Of a DNA stretch of 64,000 bases, positions 9,241 to 17,945 are shown piece by piece. The stretch is from an uncultured Dehalococcoidia bacterium (lineage in GTDB: Bacteria; Chloroflexota; Dehalococcoidia; Lucifugimonadales; CAJWER01). The DNA is taken from contig CAZSLO010000023.1 in assembly GCA_964608025.1 (NCBI GenBank), positions 111,312 to 175,311 of the forward strand, in the 5' to 3' direction. Every line of letters begins with the position of its first letter. The first letter of the stretch is position 1. Made by a program: the position numbers and the translations under genes. Under the pieces are notes generated by a model. It saw only the letters and a program-made list of their open reading frames with translations. It ran no database searches and was not told the DNA's origin.

Positions 9241-10370
9241 TCTCGAGATGCTCCTTTTTGAAAGGCTTCTTTAGGGTTCATGAACAACCGAGCCACGTTA
9301 TCCCCACAAATCTTATCCATATCCGTAGAAGTTATGAAATCACAGTGAATTCTTAGGTAGTCTAGGGATTGTTTATATGTACAATGGCGCTCGACGTTTG
9401 GCATATCAGAGGCCCATGCAAGGCGATCCGGGCCTAAACGATTATAATATTCGCGAATTATGGGCTGCGCCTCAATAAATGGGTACTCCCAGATAGCTCC
9501 CTGGAATATTGGTATTAGGATCTCGACAATTAGATTGGGGGCCTCCAGCGGCCTCCATGCCTCGTCTGGAATAGAGATTTTCCCGCCTCGCATAAATCGG
9601 TAAAGAGAAAGACCGTGTGGGTACATCACCGGGATGTCACAATATCGTTGGAGCCAACACTCAAACGCTGCTAGTTGATCAAGATAAGGTTTTGGTCCCG
9701 GGCCAGCTGCTGTCACATTCATGTAAACGGGTATCCCCATGTCTTTCACGCTGTCCCAGAATGGATAAAAAACAGGATCGCATAAATGCTCAGGCCGGCC
9801 ATGTTGTTCCAACGCACTTGTTTGGAACCAAAGCCCGTGTAGACCTAGGTCGGTAATCGCGTTCTCAAGGATTCGAAGCTGGGAAGGAGAGTCAGCTCGC
9901 CATTCATCGATCATGGCTAGGGCCCAGAATCTGTCAGGGAATTTCTTAACTGCCATGGATAGATAACGGTTGAGACGACCGTACAGATGGCCTGTCTGGA
10001 GAACTGCCCTTCCAATACCTACATAATCCATTTGGGCTATCATTAATTCTGCAGAAGCGGAGTTGCCGATGAGGGTTGGTGGTAAGTACTGGAGATAGTG
10101 GTCATCCCCACCCGCGGTCCATGCCAATCGCCCGAAGCCTCCGCCCCGGAAATCGACGTTGGCCAACCCTTCCATCGTTATGTTATTTTCGTCATAAAGA
10201 TTTTGTTCATTGACCACAGAGTGATCTTTCAACCGTCGTACCGGCTGGTGATGGAACATCAATGCATGTTGGGTATATTTGGAGTGCAGGATTTGGGATT
10301 TGAATCCAGAAGGACCTCCCAGCGGTGGAAATATGTGGGCATGGGAATCGATGATCATAGATGACCTCAA
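9237..10370 (-). CDS. Amidohydrolase_2-family protein
   Basis: N-terminal IIDSHAHIFPP motif, 377 aa. Confidence 0.7.
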   Translation of the reverse strand: MRSSMIIDSHAHIFPPLGGPSGFKSQILHSKYTQHALMFHHQPVRRLKDHSVVNEQNLYDENNITMEGLANVDFRGGGFGRLAWTAGGDDHYLQYLPPTLIGNSASAELMIAQMDYVGIGRAVLQTGHLYGRLNRYLSMAVKKFPDRFWALAMIDEWRADSPSQLRILENAITDLGLHGLWFQTSALEQHGRPEHLCDPVFYPFWDSVKDMGIPVYMNVTAAGPGPKPYLDQLAAFECWLQRYCDIPVMYPHGLSLYRFMRGGKISIPDEAWRPLEAPNLIVEILIPIFQGAIWEYPFIEAQPIIREYYNRLGPDRLAWASDMPNVERHCTYKQSLDYLRIHCDFITSTDMDKICGDNVARLFMNPKEAFQKGASRE

Positions 10371-10437
10371 ATGTGAAATTATCCTATTCGTGAACGATAA
10401 ATTTTATGCCAAGTTTTGTAGCGGGATTGACCAATGA

Positions 10438-11208
10438 TTATTGGGCTGTGGTGCCACCGTCAATCACAAGTTCTGTGCCGGTCACATACGAAGCTTCCTC
10501 AGAGGCAAGATAGAGAACGCCGTAGGCTATTTCATCGACGGTGCCAAACCTTTTCATCGGCACGCTTTCTGTACGCGTCTTCAGAAGATCAGGATCTGCG
10601 AACAATTCATGAGTCATAGGGGTATCAACGTAACCGGGGTGGACGGAATTGACCCTGATTCCGTCTTGGGCGTATTGGATAGCAGCAGCTTTTGTGAAAA
10701 TCCGGACAGCCCCTTTTGCTGCGTGGTATGCGGTTGAAGAAGGACTACCTATAATTCCAAATATTGAGGAGATGTTGACTATAGATCCTTTTCCTACATT
10801 CCTCATTTCTGGAACGGCCATTTTTGTTCCTAGGAATGTACCTTTGGCATGAATTTCCATTTGCTCGTCCCACATCTCGACAGTAGTATTCTCAACTGTT
10901 TCTCGAGATGCCGTGCCTGCATTATTAACCAAAACATCGAGTTTCCCAAAATATGACACTGTAGATTGTATTGCGTTAGCCCAGTCTTCCTCACTGGTAA
11001 CATTTAGACGGACAAATATTGCGTCGTGACCTGAAGCGCGGATTTGTTCTGCTGTTGCCTCGCCTTGCTGTTCGTTTATATCTGCGATCACAACCTTGGC
11101 CCCCTCTCGTGCGAAAAGCCAGGCAGTGGCTCCCCCGAACCCAGGGAGTTTCCCGGGTACACCATTGGCCGCACCTGAGATGAGCGCTACATTGTTCTTG
11201 AGTCGCAA
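10438..11208 (-). CDS. Short-chain dehydrogenase/reductase (SDR)
   Basis: NNAG motif, catalytic YHAAKGAV (YxxxK) and PG motif HPGYVDTPM. The Gly-rich loop carries an insert (GAANGVPGKLPGFGG). Confidence 0.85.
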   Translation of the reverse strand: MRLKNNVALISGAANGVPGKLPGFGGATAWLFAREGAKVVIADINEQQGEATAEQIRASGHDAIFVRLNVTSEEDWANAIQSTVSYFGKLDVLVNNAGTASRETVENTTVEMWDEQMEIHAKGTFLGTKMAVPEMRNVGKGSIVNISSIFGIIGSPSSTAYHAAKGAVRIFTKAAAIQYAQDGIRVNSVHPGYVDTPMTHELFADPDLLKTRTESVPMKRFGTVDEIAYGVLYLASEEASYVTGTELVIDGGTTAQ

Positions 11209-11417
11209 TTTTAACCCGATCTTATATGGTAATTATGACTTAGGATTAATTATATCAATAGGTGAACAGAAGATCCTACTAAGTACCAAGGCCTTTCCCA
11301 GGCGACAATTGGAATTTTCTAATTAGATTCTGCCGAGCCAATGGATGCCGTGGAATGAATTTTCCAGTATGGATCCTATGAGATAAAAAGGGAAGGATCT
11401 GGCAAAAAAAGAAGATA

Positions 11418-11921
11418 CTAGCTAGAAGCTTTTAACTCGATGGTTCGCTCGATTATCCGTAATCCGATCCCGCGTACCATCTTCAAATCCTCCAAGGTGT
11501 ATGCTGATGTTCTGGTGGAACATAGTACTATGGCAGCGACGACTTTATTATCAGTTTGGAGCGGAACTGCGAGCATAGAACGAATGCCAGTATCGAGAGT
11601 AGACTTGAGGCGTGGGAAACGTTCGACTAGCTTCTCAGGAGGTTCGTCCCCAATGATTATGCCCTCTCCTAGTTTCATGCCTGCTTCGACGACGGTGTCT
11701 GCTAAAGTACGTTGATGACCTAATACACGGCCCGGCACATTCCGGCCTTTTACGAATGCATCGGTGAAAGAATAATCACCGATATCGATCAATCCTATAT
11801 TTAAACGGTCGATGGGCACGATGAGACTAAGTTCCGACATTAATATTTCGCCAAGCTGAGTGAAGCTAGAAGCTGATCGCACTGAATTTGAAATTCGCAT
11901 GATATCTTGGGGGGAATTCAT
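11418..11921 (-). CDS. Stand-alone GAF-domain protein
   Basis: 167 aa, GAF-like pattern (SMLAVPL ... AAIVL). No output domain. Confidence 0.6.
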   Translation of the reverse strand: MNSPQDIMRISNSVRSASSFTQLGEILMSELSLIVPIDRLNIGLIDIGDYSFTDAFVKGRNVPGRVLGHQRTLADTVVEAGMKLGEGIIIGDEPPEKLVERFPRLKSTLDTGIRSMLAVPLQTDNKVVAAIVLCSTRTSAYTLEDLKMVRGIGLRIIERTIELKASS

Positions 11922-12025
11922 ATCTCAGCACTCCATCAATAAAAAATAGGCCTTACCCTAGCTTACTACGCCACCTGCAAGGCGGTATACTTGGCTGAGT
12001 GGTCCTAAGATTCGTGAGGTAACTG

Positions 12026-13285
12026 TTGTTAGGTATTGATTTAATACGAGATGATCCTGATAAGGTCAGGCGTGCTCTTAAGGTCCGCGGGGACTCTGAG
12101 GATATCGATCAAATACTTCAGCTGGACGAACGACGTCGGCACGTTGTTCATGAGAGTGATGAACTCCGCGCTCACCGAAACGAGGTCAGCCGACGTATTG
12201 GGGTTTCTAAGGACAAACCAGCCGAACTCGTTAATGAAATGCGCCAGGTGGGCCGGAAGATAAAAAACCTTGAGGAATTGACACGTAAATTAGAAAAAAA
12301 TCTGCAGGACCTCTTGTTAATGCTTCCCAACATACCCCATCCGAGTGTACCGGTGGGGGGTGATGAAAATGAAAACGTACTGATAAGAGAGCCTGAAGGT
12401 CTACCGGAATTCGATTTTGAGCCTGCACCCCATTGGGAAATCGGAGAAAATCTGGACATCATAGATCTACAACGTGGTGCTAAGTTAGCCGGGTCCCGAT
12501 TTTACGTGCTCAAGGACAAAGGTGCGATTATACAGAGAGCTCTCATTTCATGGATGCTGGACACTTTAGGACGTGTTCATGGATATCGTGAAATGTATCT
12601 TCCAGATATGGTCACGAGATCGACTGCCATTGGCTCGGGGCAACTGCCCAAATTTATTGACAATATGTACCACGATGACGAAGACGATCTTTGGTTGGTA
12701 CCTACAGCAGAAATACCGATTACTGGTTTATATGCGGGAGAAATTGTTGATCCGGCAATGCTTCCTTTTAAATATGTAGCACATACACCTTGTTTCAGAC
12801 GTGAAAAGGCGGCAGCCGGACGTGATACACGCGGTATCAAGAGGGTACACCAGTTTGAGAAGGTGGAGATGTACAAATTTGTTGAACCAGAACAGTCTGA
12901 AAGTGAACTAGAAAGTATGCTTGCCGATGCTGAAGATCTCTGTAAGAGACTTCGAATACCCCACCGAGTAAAATTGCTTTGCACAGGGGATTTGGGGTTC
13001 GCAGCATCAAAGACATATGACATTGAACTGTGGGCTCCAGGTTCTCAGGAGTGGCTTGAGGTTAGTTCATGTTCGAACTGCGGAGATTTTCAGGCTCGAC
13101 GGACTGATATCCGATATAGACCCGAAGCTGGTGCCCGGCCTCGCTTCGTTCATACTCTCAATGGTTCAGGTCTAGGAGTAGCCCGGGTACTAATCGCGGT
13201 ACTGGAGAATTATCAACAAATGGATGGTTCTGTCGTGGTTCCTGATGTGCTGAGACCGTATACTGGATTTGAAGTGATTGACTAA
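12026..13285 (+). CDS. serS: Seryl-tRNA synthetase
   Basis: TTG start. N-terminal coiled-coil arm, class II motifs (FRRE..., GSGLGVARVLIAVLENYQ). Confidence 0.95.
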   Translation: MLGIDLIRDDPDKVRRALKVRGDSEDIDQILQLDERRRHVVHESDELRAHRNEVSRRIGVSKDKPAELVNEMRQVGRKIKNLEELTRKLEKNLQDLLLMLPNIPHPSVPVGGDENENVLIREPEGLPEFDFEPAPHWEIGENLDIIDLQRGAKLAGSRFYVLKDKGAIIQRALISWMLDTLGRVHGYREMYLPDMVTRSTAIGSGQLPKFIDNMYHDDEDDLWLVPTAEIPITGLYAGEIVDPAMLPFKYVAHTPCFRREKAAAGRDTRGIKRVHQFEKVEMYKFVEPEQSESELESMLADAEDLCKRLRIPHRVKLLCTGDLGFAASKTYDIELWAPGSQEWLEVSSCSNCGDFQARRTDIRYRPEAGARPRFVHTLNGSGLGVARVLIAVLENYQQMDGSVVVPDVLRPYTGFEVID

Positions 13286-13369
13286 CTTCCACCCCCGTGA
13301 TTGGAAGTATGTTCAACTACGGTGGAGTTCTATCTATACTTAGAGATGTAGGAATATAAGGAGGCCATA

Positions 13370-13735
13370 ATGATTGTGATTCGTAACTGGAGAGATGCGA
13401 CGCCGGTAGTGGCTCATGAGAGTGCCATTATCTGGAGACTCTTAGACGAGAAAGGAAAAGAGGGGGTGCCTCATGACGAAGCACCACTCCAAGGCGTACA
13501 GTCTATAACCTTGCACCGCATGCAGTCCGGAAAGCAGGGCGATTATCATTTACATGAGGATCGTGAACAGATCTATTATTTTACGGAAGGTATCGCGAAG
13601 ATGAAGATTGATGACGACATCTATGATGTGAAAGAGGGAGATGCCGTATATGTCCCGCCGATGGCACGGCATCAACTCATAAATGACAGTGATGAATGGG
13701 TCGCACATCTTATTATCTCCGCGTGGGTAAAATAA
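13370..13735 (+). CDS. Cupin-domain protein
   Basis: Cupin motif 1 (GDYHLHEDREQIYYFTEG) and motif 2 (GDAVYVPPMARHQLIN). Confidence 0.7.
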   Translation: MIVIRNWRDATPVVAHESAIIWRLLDEKGKEGVPHDEAPLQGVQSITLHRMQSGKQGDYHLHEDREQIYYFTEGIAKMKIDDDIYDVKEGDAVYVPPMARHQLINDSDEWVAHLIISAWVK

Positions 13736-13809
13736 ACAATTTTGAAATTCGAGCATGGCCGAGAGGATATTGCTGTAAATTAGCTTGATCGAGTAGATAG
13801 GGAATTCCT

Positions 13810-15147
13810 ATGTTTGAGGCGCTATCTGAAAAACTAAACAGAACATTTAGGGTTCTAGGTGACAAGGGCCGGCTTACCGAAAAAGATATCGATGCGGCTC
13901 TACGGGATGTCCGAATGGCCCTGCTTGAAGCGGATGTTAATTTCAAGGTCGTCCGAAATTTTGTAGCTAGCATTCGAGATCGTGCTGTAAGCGAGGACGT
14001 GCTGAAAAGCCTTACTCCTGGCCAACAGGTCGTTAAAATTGCCAATGAGGTATTAACCGACATTCTTGGTGGTGGAAGAGGAGCTATAGGGCTCAAGGCC
14101 GGCTCTAATCCCTTATCTACAATTTTGATGGTAGGACTTAATGGTTCCGGCAAGACTACGACAGCTGCGAAGCTTGCAAGGTATCTGAAACAATCTGGAC
14201 AGCAACCATTAATGATTGCTGCTGATTTACTACGGCCTGCAGCCATAAACCAACTTGAATCCCTAGGGGGACAGATTAATGTTCCGGTGTATAGAGGAGG
14301 CACTAAAGAGGATACATGCGCGGTTGCCATGACAGGGATAAAACAAGCTGAGGCTACGAATGCTTCATGGGCGATAGTTGACACTGCGGGCCGATTTCAA
14401 GCTGATGATGATTTGATGAAAGAACTTGAGGCTGTGAAAAGATCGGTAGATCCCGAAGAAACCATCTTAGTGGTAGATGCGATGACTGGCCAAGATGCTG
14501 TTAACGTGGCAAATGAATTCCATGGACGAATAGGGTTAACAGGCTTAATCCTAACCAAACTAGATGGCGATGCTAGGGGAGGTGCGGCCCTGTCTGTTGT
14601 GTCGGTGACCGGGGTTCCTATCAAATTCATTGGCATCGGAGAGAAATTAGATGCGCTTGAGGAATTCCATCCCGACAGATTAGCCTCGAGGATTCTTGGT
14701 ATGGGCGACATGCTTACGCTTATAGAGAAGGCCGAACAGACCTTTGACCAAGAAGAATCCCTAAATCTACAAAAGAAGATTCGGGAATCTACCTTCGACT
14801 TGGACGATTTCCTTGGACAGCTTCAACAGTTGAGGAATATGGGTTCTCTAAGCCAGATAATGGAAATGATTCCAGGTATGTCGTCGATGAAAGGTCGAAT
14901 ACCAACTGAAGATCTTGATGACAGCCATATTTCGAAAATCGAAGCCATTATTTATTCTATGACCATACCAGAGAGGCGTGCCCCGGGTATCATTAGTGGG
15001 AGCCGGCGGAGGAGAATCGCCCGGGGAAGTGGTACGAAGCCTCAGGATGTTAATCAACTACTCAATCAATTCAGACAGACTCAGAAGCTGATGAAGCAAA
15101 TGAGTTCCGGGAAAGGGATTAAGGACATAGGCAGGATTTTCAGATAA
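13810..15147 (+). CDS. ffh: Signal recognition particle protein Ffh
   Basis: N domain, G domain (GLNGSGKTTT, DTAGR, TKLDGD) and Met-rich M domain. Confidence 0.95.
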   Translation: MFEALSEKLNRTFRVLGDKGRLTEKDIDAALRDVRMALLEADVNFKVVRNFVASIRDRAVSEDVLKSLTPGQQVVKIANEVLTDILGGGRGAIGLKAGSNPLSTILMVGLNGSGKTTTAAKLARYLKQSGQQPLMIAADLLRPAAINQLESLGGQINVPVYRGGTKEDTCAVAMTGIKQAEATNASWAIVDTAGRFQADDDLMKELEAVKRSVDPEETILVVDAMTGQDAVNVANEFHGRIGLTGLILTKLDGDARGGAALSVVSVTGVPIKFIGIGEKLDALEEFHPDRLASRILGMGDMLTLIEKAEQTFDQEESLNLQKKIRESTFDLDDFLGQLQQLRNMGSLSQIMEMIPGMSSMKGRIPTEDLDDSHISKIEAIIYSMTIPERRAPGIISGSRRRRIARGSGTKPQDVNQLLNQFRQTQKLMKQMSSGKGIKDIGRIFR

Positions 15148-15322
15148 TTATAGTTCGTAGGTATTATGTTTGAATTTAAAATCGTTTCGTACTGATCAAA
15201 CCTGATCCTTATCTTGTATTACCCTACTGGTTGATTGCCGATCTAAAGGGCTTGTGGGTAGAATAATCTTCTCGGATATTTACAGAATATTGACTGAAAT
15301 TAAAGTATGGAATTTGTGAATC

Positions 15323-15412
15323 GGAGGGATGGCCGAGTGGTTTAAGGAGCAGGTCTTGAAAACCGGTATACTCGCAAGGGTATCGTGGGTTCGAATCACA
15401 CTCCCTCCGCCA
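15323..15412 (+). tRNA. tRNA-Ser (anticodon UGA), CCA encoded
   Basis: Acceptor GGAGGGA/TCCCTCC, anticodon loop CTTGAAA, long variable arm, TTCGAAT T-loop. One A-G mismatch in the anticodon stem and one G-A mismatch in the T stem. Confidence 0.85.
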
Positions 15413-15521
15413 GCGGGACACAGATATTTGAAATTGATCTGGCTTTTCCTGTAGATTGAAAAATTGTTGATTTGTGTAACGTGTACTAGAAACCTAAAAA
15501 ATAATTGAGAGAGCCGAAAAG

Positions 15522-16679
15522 TTGAAAATTCATGAATATCAGGCCAAGCACATTCTTAACGATGGAGGCGTTCCTATTCCCCGGGGCGAGGTGTCCCGAT
15601 CATCGAGTGAAGCCAAAAATATTGCTGAAAGGATCGGGGGAGTCACTGTTGTAAAAGCTCAAATCCACGCTGGTGGACGCGGCAAGGCAGGTGGAATTAA
15701 GGTTGTATCATCTCCGGACGATGCTGCCCTGCAGGCTGGATGTATGCTAGGAACGAAACTTGTAACTGGGCAAACCGGACCAGAAGGCGTTATTGTCGAT
15801 GTGGTCCTGGTTGAAGAGGCACTTGACATTGAAAGGGAGCTATACCTAGGAATTGTAATTGATGGAGCGGCCCGAGGCCCTGTTATGATAGCCAGTCAAG
15901 CCGGTGGTATGGATATCGAAGATGTGGCAGAAAACACACCAGAAAAAATCGTAAAATTTTCAGTTGATCCTGCTCTTGGTCTCCAGCCATACCAGGCACG
16001 CAAGATTGCATATAGTCTTGGAATAGAACAGGCTCAACTAAGGGCAGTTACGCTAATGATAGAGAACACGTATCGCATCTTTTGTGAGAATGACTGCTCC
16101 CTTGTTGAAATCAACCCACTTGTTGTAGTGAAAGATGGAAGAGTCTTGGCGGCTGATGCCAAGCTGAATTTTGATGACGATGCTCTATTTAAGCATCCTA
16201 GCCTTCAGGAATTACACGATCCTGCCCAGGATGATCCTCTTGAAGCTTTAGCCGCCGATTCCGGAATTAGTTATGTGAAATTGGACGGAGACGTGGGTTG
16301 TATGGTTAATGGTGCTGGATTGGCTATGGCAACTATGGATGTGATTGGACAGTCTGGGTCTGGTCCGGCGAATTTCTTGGATGTAGGTGGTGGTGCTGAT
16401 GAATCAAAAGTCTCTCGTGCCCTGACCATAATTTTCTCAGACCAAAGTGTTAAGGCTGTATTGGTTAATATTTTTGGAGGCATACTTCGCTGCGATGTCG
16501 TCGCGAGGGGCATAATTCAAGCGGTAAATGAAAATCCTGACATTGATCTTCCGATAGTGGTTCGAATGCTTGGCACCAATGCTAATGAAGGGCGTGAGAT
16601 ACTTGCGGCATCTGGGTTAAACGTAATATTGGTTGACAGTCTTGCAGATGCCGCAACAACCATGTCGGACTGGGTCTAG
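15522..16679 (+). CDS. sucC: Succinyl-CoA synthetase beta subunit
   Basis: TTG start. MKIHEYQAK N-terminus, ATP-grasp and CoA-ligase domains. Confidence 0.95.
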   Translation: MKIHEYQAKHILNDGGVPIPRGEVSRSSSEAKNIAERIGGVTVVKAQIHAGGRGKAGGIKVVSSPDDAALQAGCMLGTKLVTGQTGPEGVIVDVVLVEEALDIERELYLGIVIDGAARGPVMIASQAGGMDIEDVAENTPEKIVKFSVDPALGLQPYQARKIAYSLGIEQAQLRAVTLMIENTYRIFCENDCSLVEINPLVVVKDGRVLAADAKLNFDDDALFKHPSLQELHDPAQDDPLEALAADSGISYVKLDGDVGCMVNGAGLAMATMDVIGQSGSGPANFLDVGGGADESKVSRALTIIFSDQSVKAVLVNIFGGILRCDVVARGIIQAVNENPDIDLPIVVRMLGTNANEGREILAASGLNVILVDSLADAATTMSDWV

Positions 16680-16797
16680 TTTTAGTTGGGAAAGGTTAAT
16701 ATATGGCGATTATAGATTTGTGGAGCTACAGCTTTGCGGGTATGAATCACATGGGATTCTATGTTGAAAATCCATTGACATTATATAACGTGAAATC

Positions 16798-17673
16798 TTG
16801 AGCATTCTCGCTGACAATAAAACACGTCTTTTGGTTCAAGGTATTACTGGCAAGGAAGGTAGTTTTCACGCTAGCCGTTGTAAGGAATATGGTACCAATC
16901 TTGTTGCTGGTGTAACTCCTGGTAAAGGCGGAATCTTGTTCGAAGACAAGATACCGATCTATAACACGGTTGAAGAAGCAGTAAGGGAAACGAATGCGAA
17001 CATGTCATTAATTTTTGTCCCTCCACCATTTGCTGCGGATGCAATAGTAGAATCAGTTGACGCTGGGATCCCAACTATAGCGTGTATAACCGAGGGTATC
17101 CCTGTCTCCGATACTATTGGTGTGGCGAATTACATCAAATATAAGGACGTGACAGTTATCGGACCGAATTGTCCTGGTCTGATTTCACCTGTGCATAGAT
17201 GTAAGGTAGGAATCATGCCGGGTGACATTCATTTGGCAGGCCGTGTTGGGGTAGTGTCCCGAAGTGGGACCCTGACCTATGAGGCGGTGGGCCAACTGAC
17301 GGGCCTTGGAATAGGACAATCCACCTGTGTTGGAATTGGTGGTGATCCTGTGAGTGGAACGTCGTTTATAGACATACTGCAAATGTTCAACGAAGATAAC
17401 GAGACGGACGCAGTGGTCTTGATCGGAGAGATCGGGGGATCGAGTGAGCAGGAGGCGGCTGAATTTATCGAGAGAGATTTTAGGAAGCCTATATCTGCTC
17501 TTATCGTTGGGCGCAGTGCTCCACCGGGTCGCCGTATGGGACATGCTGGCGCCATAATTACTGGAAAGGCAGGCCGTGCTGACGAAAAGATAAAGGCTCT
17601 CGCAAGGGCAGGTGCTTCAATCGTACCTACTCCAGCCGACATTGGTATAACTGTCCAAGAATTGATGGCATGA
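16798..17673 (+). CDS. sucD: Succinyl-CoA synthetase alpha subunit
   Basis: TTG start. QGITGKEG motif and the catalytic His loop MGHAGAII. Confidence 0.95.
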   Translation: MSILADNKTRLLVQGITGKEGSFHASRCKEYGTNLVAGVTPGKGGILFEDKIPIYNTVEEAVRETNANMSLIFVPPPFAADAIVESVDAGIPTIACITEGIPVSDTIGVANYIKYKDVTVIGPNCPGLISPVHRCKVGIMPGDIHLAGRVGVVSRSGTLTYEAVGQLTGLGIGQSTCVGIGGDPVSGTSFIDILQMFNEDNETDAVVLIGEIGGSSEQEAAEFIERDFRKPISALIVGRSAPPGRRMGHAGAIITGKAGRADEKIKALARAGASIVPTPADIGITVQELMA

Positions 17674-17722
17674 GATATGCACGAACTAATTTGTACAGTC
17701 TAGGATTTTTCGGAAGGAGTTA

Positions 17723-17751
17723 TTGACACGTTTAGGTACCGGCCCTATACT
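17723..17751 (+). promoter_or_regulatory. Sigma-70-type promoter of pyrG leader (TTGACA-17 nt-TATACT)
   Basis: Perfect -35 at 17723-17728, 17-nt spacer, -10 TATACT at 17746-17751. About 190 nt upstream of the pyrG ATG. Confidence 0.55.
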
Positions 17752-17762
17752 TTTTGGAATCA

Positions 17763-17864
17763 TAGGGGGTGCCAAATGGCGGCACTAATCACGACTTGGT
17801 TTACTTGTAAGGCTGCCAACTAAATGGCGCAACGCGGCGCCACCCGATTACTAGTCAACCCCTA
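17763..17864 (+). promoter_or_regulatory. Structured element in pyrG 5' leader (closing helix plus two hairpins)
   Basis: TAGGGG (17763-68) pairs with CCCCTA (17859-64). Hairpins are GTGCC/GGCAC (17769-85) and TGGCGC/GCGCCA (17825-42). The motif GCCAA..AAATGGCG is repeated. Confidence 0.4.
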
Positions 17865-17945
17865 CTTGAACCATCTCTCTTATTCTTGGACCTTCTGTAC
17901 ATCCTTGCGGATCGCCGCTGCTTCTGAACGAGGGCCTATACTAAT

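Noticed and set aside
11922-12025. Possible T-box leader upstream of serS
   Set aside because: Only about 100 nt are available, with no specifier-loop / T-box (AGGGUGGNACCGCG-like) sequence visible. That is too short for a T-box riboswitch.
13713-14384. 223-aa minus-strand ORF antisense to ffh. Similar long antisense ORFs occur at 42121..42855 (+), 49595..50035 (-), 22911..23390 (-), 29105..29581 (-), 41302..41766 (+) and 12577..13023 (-).
   Set aside because: Each lies entirely inside a strongly supported conserved gene on the other strand. Each has a Ser/Arg/Pro-rich shadow composition. None has a recognisable motif.
15323-15412. tRNA genes (here and at 54540..54615) as possible integration hot spots for mobile elements
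   Set aside because: No integrase, direct repeat of the tRNA 3' end, or compositionally foreign gene block is adjacent to either tRNA.
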